DNA of 64,000 nucleotides, from positions 1,024,001-1,088,000 of the forward strand of contig CBDCDC010000002.1 in the NCBI GenBank assembly GCA_965215195.1, given 5' to 3'. Positions 1-8,784 of the stretch are shown piece after piece. A program made the translations under genes and the position numbers. Source of the stretch: Candidatus Latescibacterota bacterium (GTDB lineage Bacteria; Latescibacterota; UBA2968; UBA8231). How positions within the stretch are numbered: the first letter of the stretch is position 1; every line of letters starts with the position of its first letter. The notes below the pieces were generated by a model. It ran no database searches. It was not told where the DNA came from and saw only the letters and a list, made by a program, of their open reading frames with translations.

Positions 1-1
1 C

Positions 2-928
2 CACCTCTTCGCCCCGCCTAAGCCAATAAAGCATCCCCCATAAAACGGCAACACATAGCAACATCCCCAACAGTCTGCCCCAGCGTTTTCGTTTTAAGCG
101 CGGCTTACTCTGAACAGCTTCCCCCTCGCCAACAGCAGCCGCAGCCCCTTCCGTGTCCTCGGCCGGCGCGTACAACAAGACGGTCGTATTGTCCTGCTGG
201 GGATGCTCGGCCGCTTCCACCGCTTGGATAAGAGCCGCAACACTATCCTCCAAGGGCGCGTCTTGCGTTTCTTGGAGGATGGCCGCGATCGCTGGATCGC
301 TGAGGGTCATCAAACCATCGCTCGCCAACAGCAGCCGGTCCCCTTGCTCGACCGCCACCGGCTGGGACGACACGTCAATCAGATGGATGGCATCGCCCAT
401 GACCGCTGACCGCAGCGAATGCCGACTTGAATCCTGCGCGGCTTCCTCTGCGGTCATGCGCCCGGTGGCCACCAAGTCCGCCAGCACCGGTGCCATCGAG
501 TGGTCGGCATTCAAGCGGCTCAATTGCCCCTCGTGGAACAACCACAACGGCGAGTCGCCCACGCTGATCCAGTGCAGCCCTTCGCTTGCAACAACCGCCG
601 CAACCAAGGTCGAACCCATGCTGTCGAGTGCGGGATTTTCGGCAATGGCCGCAGCCATGGCTTCATTAGCCTCTTGGAGACAGGCCCGCAGCCGATCGAC
701 GATGGGCCCCGAAGCCTGCGGATACGCCGCGACAAAGGTCTTGCTCAACAGGCCACTGGCCGTTGCGCCGCCCACGTGGCCGCCCATGCCATCGGCGACC
801 ACCAACATGGTGTGCTCGCGGCCGTCGAGGCCGAGGTCGCGCCCATCCAGCAGGCCGTAATCATCCTCTTGATAGGCCCGCTGGCCGGGAATTTGCCGGG
901 CGGCAAAGCGCCCGTCTAATGCGTTCAT
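2..928 (-). CDS. PP2C-family Ser/Thr phosphatase with C-terminal transmembrane segment; runs off the left edge
   Basis: Not in the ORF track because it is open at the edge. Translated by hand from ATG 928 (ATGA overlap with the upstream stop): RAYQEDD, VVADGMGGHVGG, MGSTLV, SVGDSPL, LNADHS, LLASDGL, QQDNTT, then hydrophobic LLGMLLCVAVLWGMLYW. Confidence 0.93.
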   Translation of the reverse strand, partial: MNALDGRFAARQIPGQRAYQEDDYGLLDGRDLGLDGREHTMLVVADGMGGHVGGATASGLLSKTFVAAYPQASGPIVDRLRACLQEANEAMAAAIAENPALDSMGSTLVAAVVASEGLHWISVGDSPLWLFHEGQLSRLNADHSMAPVLADLVATGRMTAEEAAQDSSRHSLRSAVMGDAIHLIDVSSQPVAVEQGDRLLLASDGLMTLSDPAIAAILQETQDAPLEDSVAALIQAVEAAEHPQQDNTTVLLYAPAEDTEGAAAAVGEGEAVQSKPRLKRKRWGRLLGMLLCVAVLWGMLYWLRRGEEV

Positions 929-1578
929 TGCGCCTCGCTTGCTTCTGTATCCTGCCAATCAAACTCGGCACCGCACAGGGGCACGAAGCGAAGAACCGTA
1001 TGGCCGATACAGATGTGACTCAGGGCCGGCAACTCAGCCGGTGTGAGCACGGGCTGGTCCCCGAGATACGTCAGATTCTTGCCGCCGCCGTGCTGCACGT
1101 AAAACCTCCGGCCGCGCGGATCGTACGTGACAACGGCATGGCCATTGCGCGAAATCTGATCGTCGCCAAAATCGAGCTTGATGCGGTCGGTGGCTCCGCG
1201 TCCAATCGAATTAGAGCCATACCCCAACCGCACGGCTCGCCCCTTGCCCGGCCCCTCCACAACCACCAGCCACCCCACAACCGGATCATCCATGCCGCGA
1301 TCCGCTGCGGCGCGCTCCTGCCGGCGCTCCTCGTCTTCTCGCCGCGGCCGCCCTCCCACCAAGCGCGTCCGCTCCTTCTCGTCGACATTGGCCGGCGCAC
1401 GGCTTTCGCCCATTGGCTGGGTGGGCGCATCTAAACGCCCGGCACCGGCGGGTTGCTCGCCATCCGGTGGTGCCGGCGGCAACGGCCTGTGGGCTCTGTC
1501 CGTTGGTTTGGTATCCTCGTTCCGCTTCTCGGTTTTCTCTTCAATGATTTTGCCATCGGGGACGCGATAAACAGGCAT
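925..1578 (-). CDS. FHA domain protein with Pro/charged disordered N-terminus
   Basis: C-terminal PVVGWLVVVEGPGKG..SIGRG..DDQISRNGHAVV..KNLTYL matches the FHA GR / SRxxH pattern. Confidence 0.88.
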   Translation of the reverse strand: MPVYRVPDGKIIEEKTEKRNEDTKPTDRAHRPLPPAPPDGEQPAGAGRLDAPTQPMGESRAPANVDEKERTRLVGGRPRREDEERRQERAAADRGMDDPVVGWLVVVEGPGKGRAVRLGYGSNSIGRGATDRIKLDFGDDQISRNGHAVVTYDPRGRRFYVQHGGGKNLTYLGDQPVLTPAELPALSHICIGHTVLRFVPLCGAEFDWQDTEASEAQ

Positions 1579-1611
1579 GGTGCCCTCCTATTTTTGGGTT
1601 GTTCCAGCAAC

Positions 1612-2397
1612 TTACTTTTCGTAGAGCCGGTTGATTAAGTTGTCTAGACAGTATTGGCCGGATTGGTTCAAGGCCATCTCTTCCCGGCTTTGTGCAATGT
1701 GCAGCGCAAACACCAGCAGGGCCGACTGGACCAACGCCAGCAAGGTCGTGTAAAACGCAACGCCCAGCCGACCGGTGATCTCCGCCAGCAAGGTCGGGTC
1801 CTGTGGGTCTTCAATGTTGGCCGCATAATCCAAGGCAAACGCAATGCCCACCACCGTGCCGATAAAGCCCAACGTTGGCATCAGCCATACGAGATAGCGC
1901 AACATCGCGTATTTGAGTTCGAGCTCGTGTTGGAACAATTCGAGGGACGAATTCAACAACGAGTTGGCTTGATTGACCGAGTGGCTCCCCTGAAATTGTA
2001 GAATGCAGCGCATGATCAGACGCTGTAAATAAAAGGGGCGCTCCTCGGCCTTGGGCCGCACCGTTTGATAAAAGGACCCCAAATCCCGCGCCCGCAACAT
2101 GACCGCATCGTCTTCCGGCAGATAGCGTTTCGCCACCTGCTCCATTTCGAGCTGGGCTTGGTTAAACCGCACCCAGAGTTCACCGCAGCCAAGCCAAAAC
2201 ATGAGCCACATGACGTTTTGGATGGTAAAAGGATAGGGGAAATTCTCGGTGTGGCGATCTAGCAGGAAAGCACCGGCCGCCGAATCGGGATGACCGAAAA
2301 TAAGGCTCATAATCGCGATGGATACGACGCCTCCTAGCAGACTGATGACGCTTGCTTTTAGGCGTTGCTCTAGCTCTACCCCTCGCCCGTTTGCCAT
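1612..2397 (-). CDS. MotA/TolQ/ExbB proton-channel family protein
   Basis: TM motifs MPTLGFIGTVVG and LGVAFYTTLLAL. Start placed at MANGRG just after the upstream stop (track start 2424). Confidence 0.88.
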   Translation of the reverse strand: MANGRGVELEQRLKASVISLLGGVVSIAIMSLIFGHPDSAAGAFLLDRHTENFPYPFTIQNVMWLMFWLGCGELWVRFNQAQLEMEQVAKRYLPEDDAVMLRARDLGSFYQTVRPKAEERPFYLQRLIMRCILQFQGSHSVNQANSLLNSSLELFQHELELKYAMLRYLVWLMPTLGFIGTVVGIAFALDYAANIEDPQDPTLLAEITGRLGVAFYTTLLALVQSALLVFALHIAQSREEMALNQSGQYCLDNLINRLYEK

Positions 2398-2398
2398 G

Positions 2399-2782
2399 TC
2401 AATCCTCCTCGCCCATGATCTCACCCGTATCTACGTTGCGCCGCACGGGACCTACGGGCAGGCTGTCCGGCTGCGTGGGTTTGCCGCCTTCTGAACGGCG
2501 CTCCTCTTGCGCGGCCAGCGCGATGAGTGCGGGTGCGGTCGTCTGGTAATGACCGAGTAAAATCGCCTCTGTCGGGCTTATAAACTCCTGCCGGATGCGT
2601 CTCCACTCGCCGTTCCGCGCCACATAACTACCCCCGCTGCTAGCGCAATCCGTCAGGTAGTACGAGCCGCTTGGCGTCGCAAGTAGCTCGGCGTGGACGC
2701 GAGAAACCGAATCATCGTCAATCTGGATGTCCACGCCGGGGCTGCGCCCAATTCGATACACCGAAAACGTCGATTTGTTCAT
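2399..2782 (-). CDS. Small FHA domain protein
   Basis: IGRSPGVDIQIDDDSVSRVHAEL..YYLTD. Confidence 0.9.
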   Translation of the reverse strand: MNKSTFSVYRIGRSPGVDIQIDDDSVSRVHAELLATPSGSYYLTDCASSGGSYVARNGEWRRIRQEFISPTEAILLGHYQTTAPALIALAAQEERRSEGGKPTQPDSLPVGPVRRNVDTGEIMGEED

Positions 2783-2783
2783 G

Positions 2784-3776
2784 TCAACCCGGCTTGGCCC
2801 CTATGAGATAGCCGTTGTTTTGTTCGGTTAGCTGCACCAGAAAATCAATAAATTTCCGGTCTGTCACGTAATTGCCAACGGCTACGGCATGTATGGGTAT
2901 GTTCCGCCTGTTCTCCGCCGTTACAGCCCGCACGACCATGTGCCAATCTTCAGAGGGGGCCCCATCGCTCAACAGGACGATCTCTTCGGGGTGCAGTGCA
3001 ATCGCCGCCAGCAAAGCTTCGCGTGTGGGCGTACCGCCATCCACTAATCTCATCCAGTCGTTCACCTGTCCGACAACGCGATCTCGCGTATTCCTTCTTA
3101 CTTGAAAGTACCCTCTATTTTGAGGCCAATAGTGCAACGCCGTCCTCTGGTTTGGGGCGTGAAAACCAATGAGACAGACCTCTATTTCCGCCTTAAAAGC
3201 AGCGAGCATGTCTTGAATGGCCAATGTTATGAACTGGCGATAATCTTGCTTTCCAGGCTGATAAATACTGCCCGACATATCTATGACGAACGCGAACTTT
3301 CTCGCCTTCGTCTTAATGCCTAATAAAACGGTTGTGTCATCTATCTCCTGTTGCAAAGCCTCCACTCGTTTTGCAAGCTGACCTTTTGCTTTCGCCGCTT
3401 CGGCCTTTGCCCGCTCCAGCTCCTGTTGCAAAGCCTCCACCCGTTTTGCAAGCTGACGTTCTGTCTTCGGAGCTCTGGCCTTTGCCCGCTCCAGTTTGGC
3501 TTTCTCCTGTCTTAGCTTGGCTTTTTCCCGTTCCAGCTTAGCCTTCTCCCGCTCTGCTTTGGCCTTTGCCTGCTCTAACTCGGCCTGCGCCTGTTCCTGC
3601 GCCTGTTCCTGCGCCTGTTCCTGCTCGGCCTTTTCCTGTCCCGACAGGTTCAGATTTGGAAAAAAGGGCAGCAGCACTACGGTAATGAGTATGAAAGCGC
3701 CGAGTGCCGAGGCGAACAGATCGAGCGCGGACATGCTAAAGATGTTGAACTCGCGGCTGCGTTTCTTCATGCCCAA
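2784..3776 (-). CDS. Single-TM, coiled-coil, vWA domain protein
   Basis: N-terminal TM MSALDLFASALGAFILITVVLLP; EQAQ/EKAK coiled coil; MIDAS motifs FVIDMSGS, GGTPT, LLSDGAP. Confidence 0.88.
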   Translation of the reverse strand: MGMKKRSREFNIFSMSALDLFASALGAFILITVVLLPFFPNLNLSGQEKAEQEQAQEQAQEQAQAELEQAKAKAEREKAKLEREKAKLRQEKAKLERAKARAPKTERQLAKRVEALQQELERAKAEAAKAKGQLAKRVEALQQEIDDTTVLLGIKTKARKFAFVIDMSGSIYQPGKQDYRQFITLAIQDMLAAFKAEIEVCLIGFHAPNQRTALHYWPQNRGYFQVRRNTRDRVVGQVNDWMRLVDGGTPTREALLAAIALHPEEIVLLSDGAPSEDWHMVVRAVTAENRRNIPIHAVAVGNYVTDRKFIDFLVQLTEQNNGYLIGAKPG

Positions 3777-3782
3777 TACCCT

Positions 3783-5096
3783 CTAAAGTTTGGACGCCAC
3801 GAGCACCAAATCGCCCAGCGCGACTTTGGCACCATAGTCCAGCCGCGCCGGCTCAAAGGGCGACAGGCGCTGTTCGTTCAAAAACGTCCCATTGCTGGAG
3901 TGCAAATCTTCGACATACAATCGATTGCCTTGGGCGGCAATGCGCAGATGCCGTCGAGATACGTTTCCATCGGCGACGACTTCATCGACCAACTCGGGAT
4001 GCCGGCCGATCGAAAGCCCCAAGCGTTGGCCAGCCAAGCGGGCCGGCGACAACTCAATGCAGACGCGGTGGCCACGACCGTCAAAACCAGCCAGCACGAG
4101 GCCGTGCCTTGGGCCTTTTGCAACGGCCCCTACCCCTACGCGCCGACTCATCTGCTGGACGAGTTGGCGCGGCTTGGCCAAGGTCTGCTGGGCGAACTGG
4201 CGCGGCTTCTTTAAGGCCACGACCAAGGCGGCCAAAGCCACACCGCCCAATAGTAGCAGATAGACGATAAATTGATCGCTGGCTTCTTCGGCCTGCTCTC
4301 GCGCTTGTTCGGCCTCGCGCCGCGCCTTTTCCGCTTCGCGCCGCGCCTTCTCGGCCTCACCCGAACTCCCCGTGCCGCCAGCCGCCACACAATCGTCACT
4401 CTCCGCTTGAAAAGCAATGCCGTGGTCGTCCAACAGGTTGGCCAACTCCTCTATGTGCGAAGACCAGTAAATGCCCGCCGCATGGGGCACCCGCGTCACC
4501 CCGCTCGATGGACTGGTAATGACCACGAGCGACGCCTGCGTATTGACGCCGACAGCTCGGCTACAATCATCTAATAAGGGGCCGCCGCTGTTGCCCGGGT
4601 TGGTCGGCGCATTGTGCTGAATAATCCTGAGTTGTTGCGTGTGCCACGCGCCTGAAAAAATCCGCCCAATGACGCCGTCTTGCACGGTCGGGTCGTGCGC
4701 CGGTCTGTTGCGGTCGGCCCCACCGGGATAGCCGATGGACCATACCTTCTGGCCTTTTGTGGCGGGTGCGAGCGACAGCGCGATTGGCGGCAGGGTTATG
4801 TCTGGGATATGGGCGATGGCGAGGTCGAGTTCTGGGGACGTGGCGATTACTTCCACCTCGTACAGGGCGTTGGAGTTTGTCGGGACGGCTTGGATTGAGC
4901 GGGCATTGGCGATGACGTGGACGTTGGTCGCAATATAGCCTTGGTCGTTGATGGCGAATCCAGTGCCGGCACTGGTCTGGGTCACGATGCGCACCACGCT
5001 CTTCTCCAGCGCGTCAAAGTCTGGCGCAGCAACAGCGCGGCCCGGCAGCAGTGCCAGCAGAAAGAAGACGAGACCCCAGCGTCTGGAGCGGTGCAA
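3783..5096 (-). CDS. Signal peptide + trypsin-like serine protease + TM + cytoplasmic FHA
   Basis: GTGFAI, TNVHV (His), DLAI (Asp), PGNSGGPL (Ser); TM FIVYLLLLGGVALAALVVAL; FHA IGRHP..VSRRH..SSNGTFLN. Confidence 0.92.
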   Translation of the reverse strand: MHRSRRWGLVFFLLALLPGRAVAAPDFDALEKSVVRIVTQTSAGTGFAINDQGYIATNVHVIANARSIQAVPTNSNALYEVEVIATSPELDLAIAHIPDITLPPIALSLAPATKGQKVWSIGYPGGADRNRPAHDPTVQDGVIGRIFSGAWHTQQLRIIQHNAPTNPGNSGGPLLDDCSRAVGVNTQASLVVITSPSSGVTRVPHAAGIYWSSHIEELANLLDDHGIAFQAESDDCVAAGGTGSSGEAEKARREAEKARREAEQAREQAEEASDQFIVYLLLLGGVALAALVVALKKPRQFAQQTLAKPRQLVQQMSRRVGVGAVAKGPRHGLVLAGFDGRGHRVCIELSPARLAGQRLGLSIGRHPELVDEVVADGNVSRRHLRIAAQGNRLYVEDLHSSNGTFLNEQRLSPFEPARLDYGAKVALGDLVLVASKL

Positions 5097-5099
5097 TGT

Positions 5100-6725
5100 T
5101 CACTCCTGCACCAAGCGCACGGTAAAAGTGACTGGCCCAATCTCAAGCCGATCATTGTTTTGCAACAGCACCTGTTCGCGGGGGTTGAGCAGGCGTCCGT
5201 TCACCTTGGTGCCATTCAGGGCGTTCAAATCCTCTGCGTAGAGTTGGCCGTCAACACACGCGAGCCGGACGTGTTCGCGGGAGACTTCTTGGTGGTCAAT
5301 GATAAATTCGGCGTTGGCCGGGCTTCTGCCGAGCGTCACCCCGGCGCGATCCCCCAAGGCCAAGGCCGATAGGGTCAAGGCGAAGGGTCGGCCGGTGGGG
5401 TCTTGGCCTTCCAATAGACATCTGAAAGGCGCGGGTTGCGGTGCGTTCGCCGCGGCTTGGTGCGCGGCTTGAGCCGTTTGCTCGGCTTCGCTCACTCGGG
5501 ACTCGGCACTCTGTAATTGCTCCTTTTTGCGCCGTGCGGAAAGCCACCAACCGAGGAGTGCGAGCATCACCAGTCCCGCCCCGGCCGCAAGGCCCCACTG
5601 CAATCGCTGCGCGGCCTTTTCTTGGGCCGCTTGGAGGCTATCGGCTTTGGCTTGGGCCTGCACTTCCGCTGCTTTGAGGCTGTCGGCTTTGGTTTTGGCG
5701 GTCTGGAGGCTGTCGGCCACGGCCTTACTCGCCGAATCAGCCCGCGCCTGCGCCATCTTCAGGCTGTCGGCTTGGGCCTTGGCCGCTTGGAGGCTGTCGG
5801 CCACCGCTTTCTTTGCGGAATCGGCTCGCGCTTTCGCCCGTTCTGCCGCCCGCCGAGCGGCCTTTTCTTTTGCCTCGGCCTTTTTTGCGGCTTCGCTCGC
5901 CGAGTCGGCCTGCGCCTTGGCCTTTTCTGCGGCTTTGCCTACCGAGTCGGCCTGCGCCTTGGCCACCTTGAGGCTGTCGGCGGCTGCTTTTCTAGCGCGT
6001 TCAGCGCGCTCAACCGCACTCAGGCATTTTGCTGCAACCACGGTATGGGCGATTTCTCGCTCTTCGAGCGCCGCTATTATGTCGCCGCTGCGCAAGGCAA
6101 AAATGGTCCCTCTCGGCTTCGCTTTCCGAAACGGCCACGAGCCGCTTTTCGGATCGGGCAGGTTGAGGGCGACGACGTCCCCGCATTCGTTGAACAAGGG
6201 CATGCCAAAGGATTGGGCCGTTATCAAGGCATTGTGTTGCAGCAGGTGCGCCACCGGACGGCCTGCTTTTTTGCCGCGGAGGTCTTGGTACGTGCCAATC
6301 GTCCCGTGAGAAAGCCGAACATCCCCCGCCGCGCCGAACCGCAGCGTCTGCACGGCCCGGCCGACAGCGGCTCCTTGCTCGGACAAGCTGAGGGGCGGCA
6401 AGTTCAAGCCCGGTACGTGCAACAGGGCCAAGTTCAGGGCGCGGCTGGCAAACACCCGCTGCGCCACGACCTCAGCCCCGGTCTTCAGGGACAATACAGT
6501 CAAGCCGTCTGCCTTAGCTGTGAGATGGGCATTCGTCAGCACGTAGCCCTTTTCGTTGACGACAAACCCGCTTCCTTCAACCGCGATTTTGTGATCGTCA
6601 TAAGCGCGCACCCGCACGATGCTTTCAGAAACAGCATCCACATCGATCTGCGCCGAGACCGGGCTTGGGCAAAGGAACCAAGCCACGGCGAAATGCGCGA
6701 TGAAAGGTAGGTATTGTTTGTTCAT
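5100..6725 (-). CDS. Signal peptide + catalytically degenerate trypsin-like domain + ADS-repeat coiled coil + TM + FHA
   Basis: GSGFVV and TNAHL kept, but NLALL replaces DLA and QSFGMPL replaces GNSGGPL. FHA LGRSP..VSREH..LNGTKVN. Start placed at MNKQ. Confidence 0.88.
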   Translation of the reverse strand: MNKQYLPFIAHFAVAWFLCPSPVSAQIDVDAVSESIVRVRAYDDHKIAVEGSGFVVNEKGYVLTNAHLTAKADGLTVLSLKTGAEVVAQRVFASRALNLALLHVPGLNLPPLSLSEQGAAVGRAVQTLRFGAAGDVRLSHGTIGTYQDLRGKKAGRPVAHLLQHNALITAQSFGMPLFNECGDVVALNLPDPKSGSWPFRKAKPRGTIFALRSGDIIAALEEREIAHTVVAAKCLSAVERAERARKAAADSLKVAKAQADSVGKAAEKAKAQADSASEAAKKAEAKEKAARRAAERAKARADSAKKAVADSLQAAKAQADSLKMAQARADSASKAVADSLQTAKTKADSLKAAEVQAQAKADSLQAAQEKAAQRLQWGLAAGAGLVMLALLGWWLSARRKKEQLQSAESRVSEAEQTAQAAHQAAANAPQPAPFRCLLEGQDPTGRPFALTLSALALGDRAGVTLGRSPANAEFIIDHQEVSREHVRLACVDGQLYAEDLNALNGTKVNGRLLNPREQVLLQNNDRLEIGPVTFTVRLVQE

Positions 6726-6878
6726 AACCTGTCCGTGTACGTTCAAACTGGCCGTCAACAGCTAAGTTTCCAGCGCAGTTGCAGGGATTTCTCACTCCGC
6801 TCAGATTGCTATCTGACTATTTGAGACCCTACTCAAAGTGCCTTCTATTCAGATGGCGTTTGCGTAAGGTCCTCTTAT

Positions 6879-7718
6879 TTAAGGTGCCCGAAGCCTCTTT
6901 GTTTTTTTATTTAAGGCTTGGAACAACGGGCTACTGAATTGCTCATGCTCATATATAGCAAAAGACTCTTCTACTCTTTCTTTACCAAGTTTGGCGGATG
7001 CATCTATTTTAATTGACTTTGCCCTCAAGGCAGGAATTAAGTCGGAAATTTTCGAAACTTCGTTGATTCGATCGATTAGATCATTCGTCGGAATGGTAAC
7101 ACTTCCGTTGTCGTCCGTGCGGTAAGTATCTTTGTATCCGAATTGTGGAAAGGAGATAGAGAGGGGATGATTGAGAATCTTTATAGGAGGATCCTGTTTT
7201 ACCGGTGAGGTCTTCCAATCCGTACTTTCTGTCTTTGTACCGCTGTAATACAATAGCAATAAACTCGATACTAAGAAATCTGATCCAACACCAATGAGAA
7301 TCGGCTGTTGATATTTTTCTAAAAACTCTCTGAACTCTGGATCATCTTGTGATACTTCATCCGGATAGAGTGCCATAGACGCAAATACAAGCTCCACCAA
7401 GCCTATTACAAAAATGTTATTGGCCATATTGTCGCCAAAAAGACCGTCGTCCCTCAGTTCCCATTTATATCTCTTAATTGATCGGCGTTTTTCTTGGTAA
7501 TAGGGCTGATATTGCAAACGGAAATTGAGCCCATCACCCTTTGGCGTTGGTGCGAAGGTTAGCTTGACCTCTCTTTTTAAGTCTGTTCGTCGTGTTTCTG
7601 GAGTTGTTCCAACCCAAGACTTTCTCATTGTAGAAGGTAGTAGTAACGAACAACCTGTCAAACTACATGCCATTATGACAATGAGAACCCGACAGTCAAA
7701 CCAATTCAGTTTCATCAT
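6879..7718 (-). CDS. Hypothetical lipoprotein, paralog of 18570..19460
   Basis: Lipobox SLTGC; shares LQYQPYYQE, YRTDDNGS.TIPTNDLIDRINEVSK and PLFQAL with the other copy. Confidence 0.8.
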   Translation of the reverse strand: MMKLNWFDCRVLIVIMACSLTGCSLLLPSTMRKSWVGTTPETRRTDLKREVKLTFAPTPKGDGLNFRLQYQPYYQEKRRSIKRYKWELRDDGLFGDNMANNIFVIGLVELVFASMALYPDEVSQDDPEFREFLEKYQQPILIGVGSDFLVSSLLLLYYSGTKTESTDWKTSPVKQDPPIKILNHPLSISFPQFGYKDTYRTDDNGSVTIPTNDLIDRINEVSKISDLIPALRAKSIKIDASAKLGKERVEESFAIYEHEQFSSPLFQALNKKTKRLRAP

Positions 7719-7837
7719 GATACTTCCTTTGCATTTTAATTGTGCAGCACAGGACATTGGTTCCTAGGCTACAGAGGCTTGGCCATCGGTTATTCCTCCT
7801 CCAGCTTCCATGCACAAGCTCTGCGCTTGGCTCCGCC
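7690..7837. repeat. ~148-bp direct repeat, copy 1
   Basis: Matches 8637..8784 with 2 mismatches seen; spans a gene end, an intergenic region and the next gene start. Confidence 0.95.
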
Positions 7838-8665
7838 CTTTTTATACATCTCGCCCAAGTTGGTCTGAGCGCTGGCATGTCCTTGTTCCGCCGCCTTGCG
7901 ATACCACTTCACAGCCGCCCCAGAGTCCCGCGCCACACCCCGGCCATAATAATACATCAAGCCCAAGTTGTACTGAGCGGTGTCATCTCCTTGTTCCGCC
8001 GCTTTGCGATACCACTTCACAGCCGCCCCATGGTCCCGCGCCACACCCCAGCCATTTGAATACATAAAGCCCAAGTTGTTCTGAGCGCTGGCATGTCCTT
8101 GTTCCGCCGCTTTGCGATACCACTTCACAGCCGCCCCAGAGTCCCACTCCACACCCCGGCCATTTTCATACATCAAGCCCAAGTTGTACTGAGCGGTGTC
8201 ATCTCCTTGTTCCGCCGCCTTGCGATACCACTTCACAGCCGCCCCAGAGTCCCGCGCCACACCCCAGCCATTTTCATACATAAAGCCCAAGTTGGTCTGA
8301 GCGCTGGCATGTCCTTGTTCCGCCGCTTTGCGATACCACTTCATAGCCGCCCCAGAGTCCCACGCCACACCCCAGCCATTTTCATACATCAAGCCCAAGT
8401 TGTACTGAGCGGTGTCATCTCCTTGTTCCGCCGCCTTGCGATACCACTTCACAGCCGCCCCATGGTCCCGCGCCACACCCCAGCCATTTTTATACATCAC
8501 GCCCAAGTTGTACTGACCCCAAGCATGTCCTTGTTCCGCCGCTTTGCGATACCACTTCACAGCCGCCCCATGGTCCCGCGCCACACCCCAGCCATTTTCA
8601 TACATCAAGCCCAAGTTGAACTGAGCGCTGGCATCTCGACAGTCAAACCAATTCAGTTTCATCAT
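7790..8665 (-). CDS. Sel1-like repeat protein (about 7 tandem 36-aa repeats)
   Basis: AQxNLGxMYENGWGVARDxGAAVKWYRKAAEQG repeated at a 108-bp period. Confidence 0.93.
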   Translation of the reverse strand: MMKLNWFDCRDASAQFNLGLMYENGWGVARDHGAAVKWYRKAAEQGHAWGQYNLGVMYKNGWGVARDHGAAVKWYRKAAEQGDDTAQYNLGLMYENGWGVAWDSGAAMKWYRKAAEQGHASAQTNLGFMYENGWGVARDSGAAVKWYRKAAEQGDDTAQYNLGLMYENGRGVEWDSGAAVKWYRKAAEQGHASAQNNLGFMYSNGWGVARDHGAAVKWYRKAAEQGDDTAQYNLGLMYYYGRGVARDSGAAVKWYRKAAEQGHASAQTNLGEMYKKGGAKRRACAWKLEEE

Positions 8666-8784
8666 GATACTTCCTTTGCATTTTAATTGTGCAGCACAGG
8701 ACATTGGTTCCTAGGCTACAGAGGCTTGGCCATCGGTTATTCCTCCTCCAGCTTCCATGCACGAGCTCTGCGCTTGGCTTCGCC
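8637..8784. repeat. ~148-bp direct repeat, copy 2
   Basis: Matches 7690..7837. Confidence 0.95.

Noticed and set aside
153-860. 235-aa plus-strand ORF
   Set aside because: Antisense shadow of the PP2C gene, which has clear motifs on the minus strand.
2-2782. Type VI secretion Fha/PppA module
   Set aside because: No tss core genes are visible in the window; it cannot be excluded beyond the left edge.
1612-3776. Zorya (zorAB) or flagellar motAB
   Set aside because: No OmpA-like B subunit, no long ZorA tail, and no zorC/D/E or flagellar genes; kept only as an analogy.
5517-6710. 397-aa plus-strand ORF
   Set aside because: Antisense to the trypsin-FHA gene and has no recognisable motifs.
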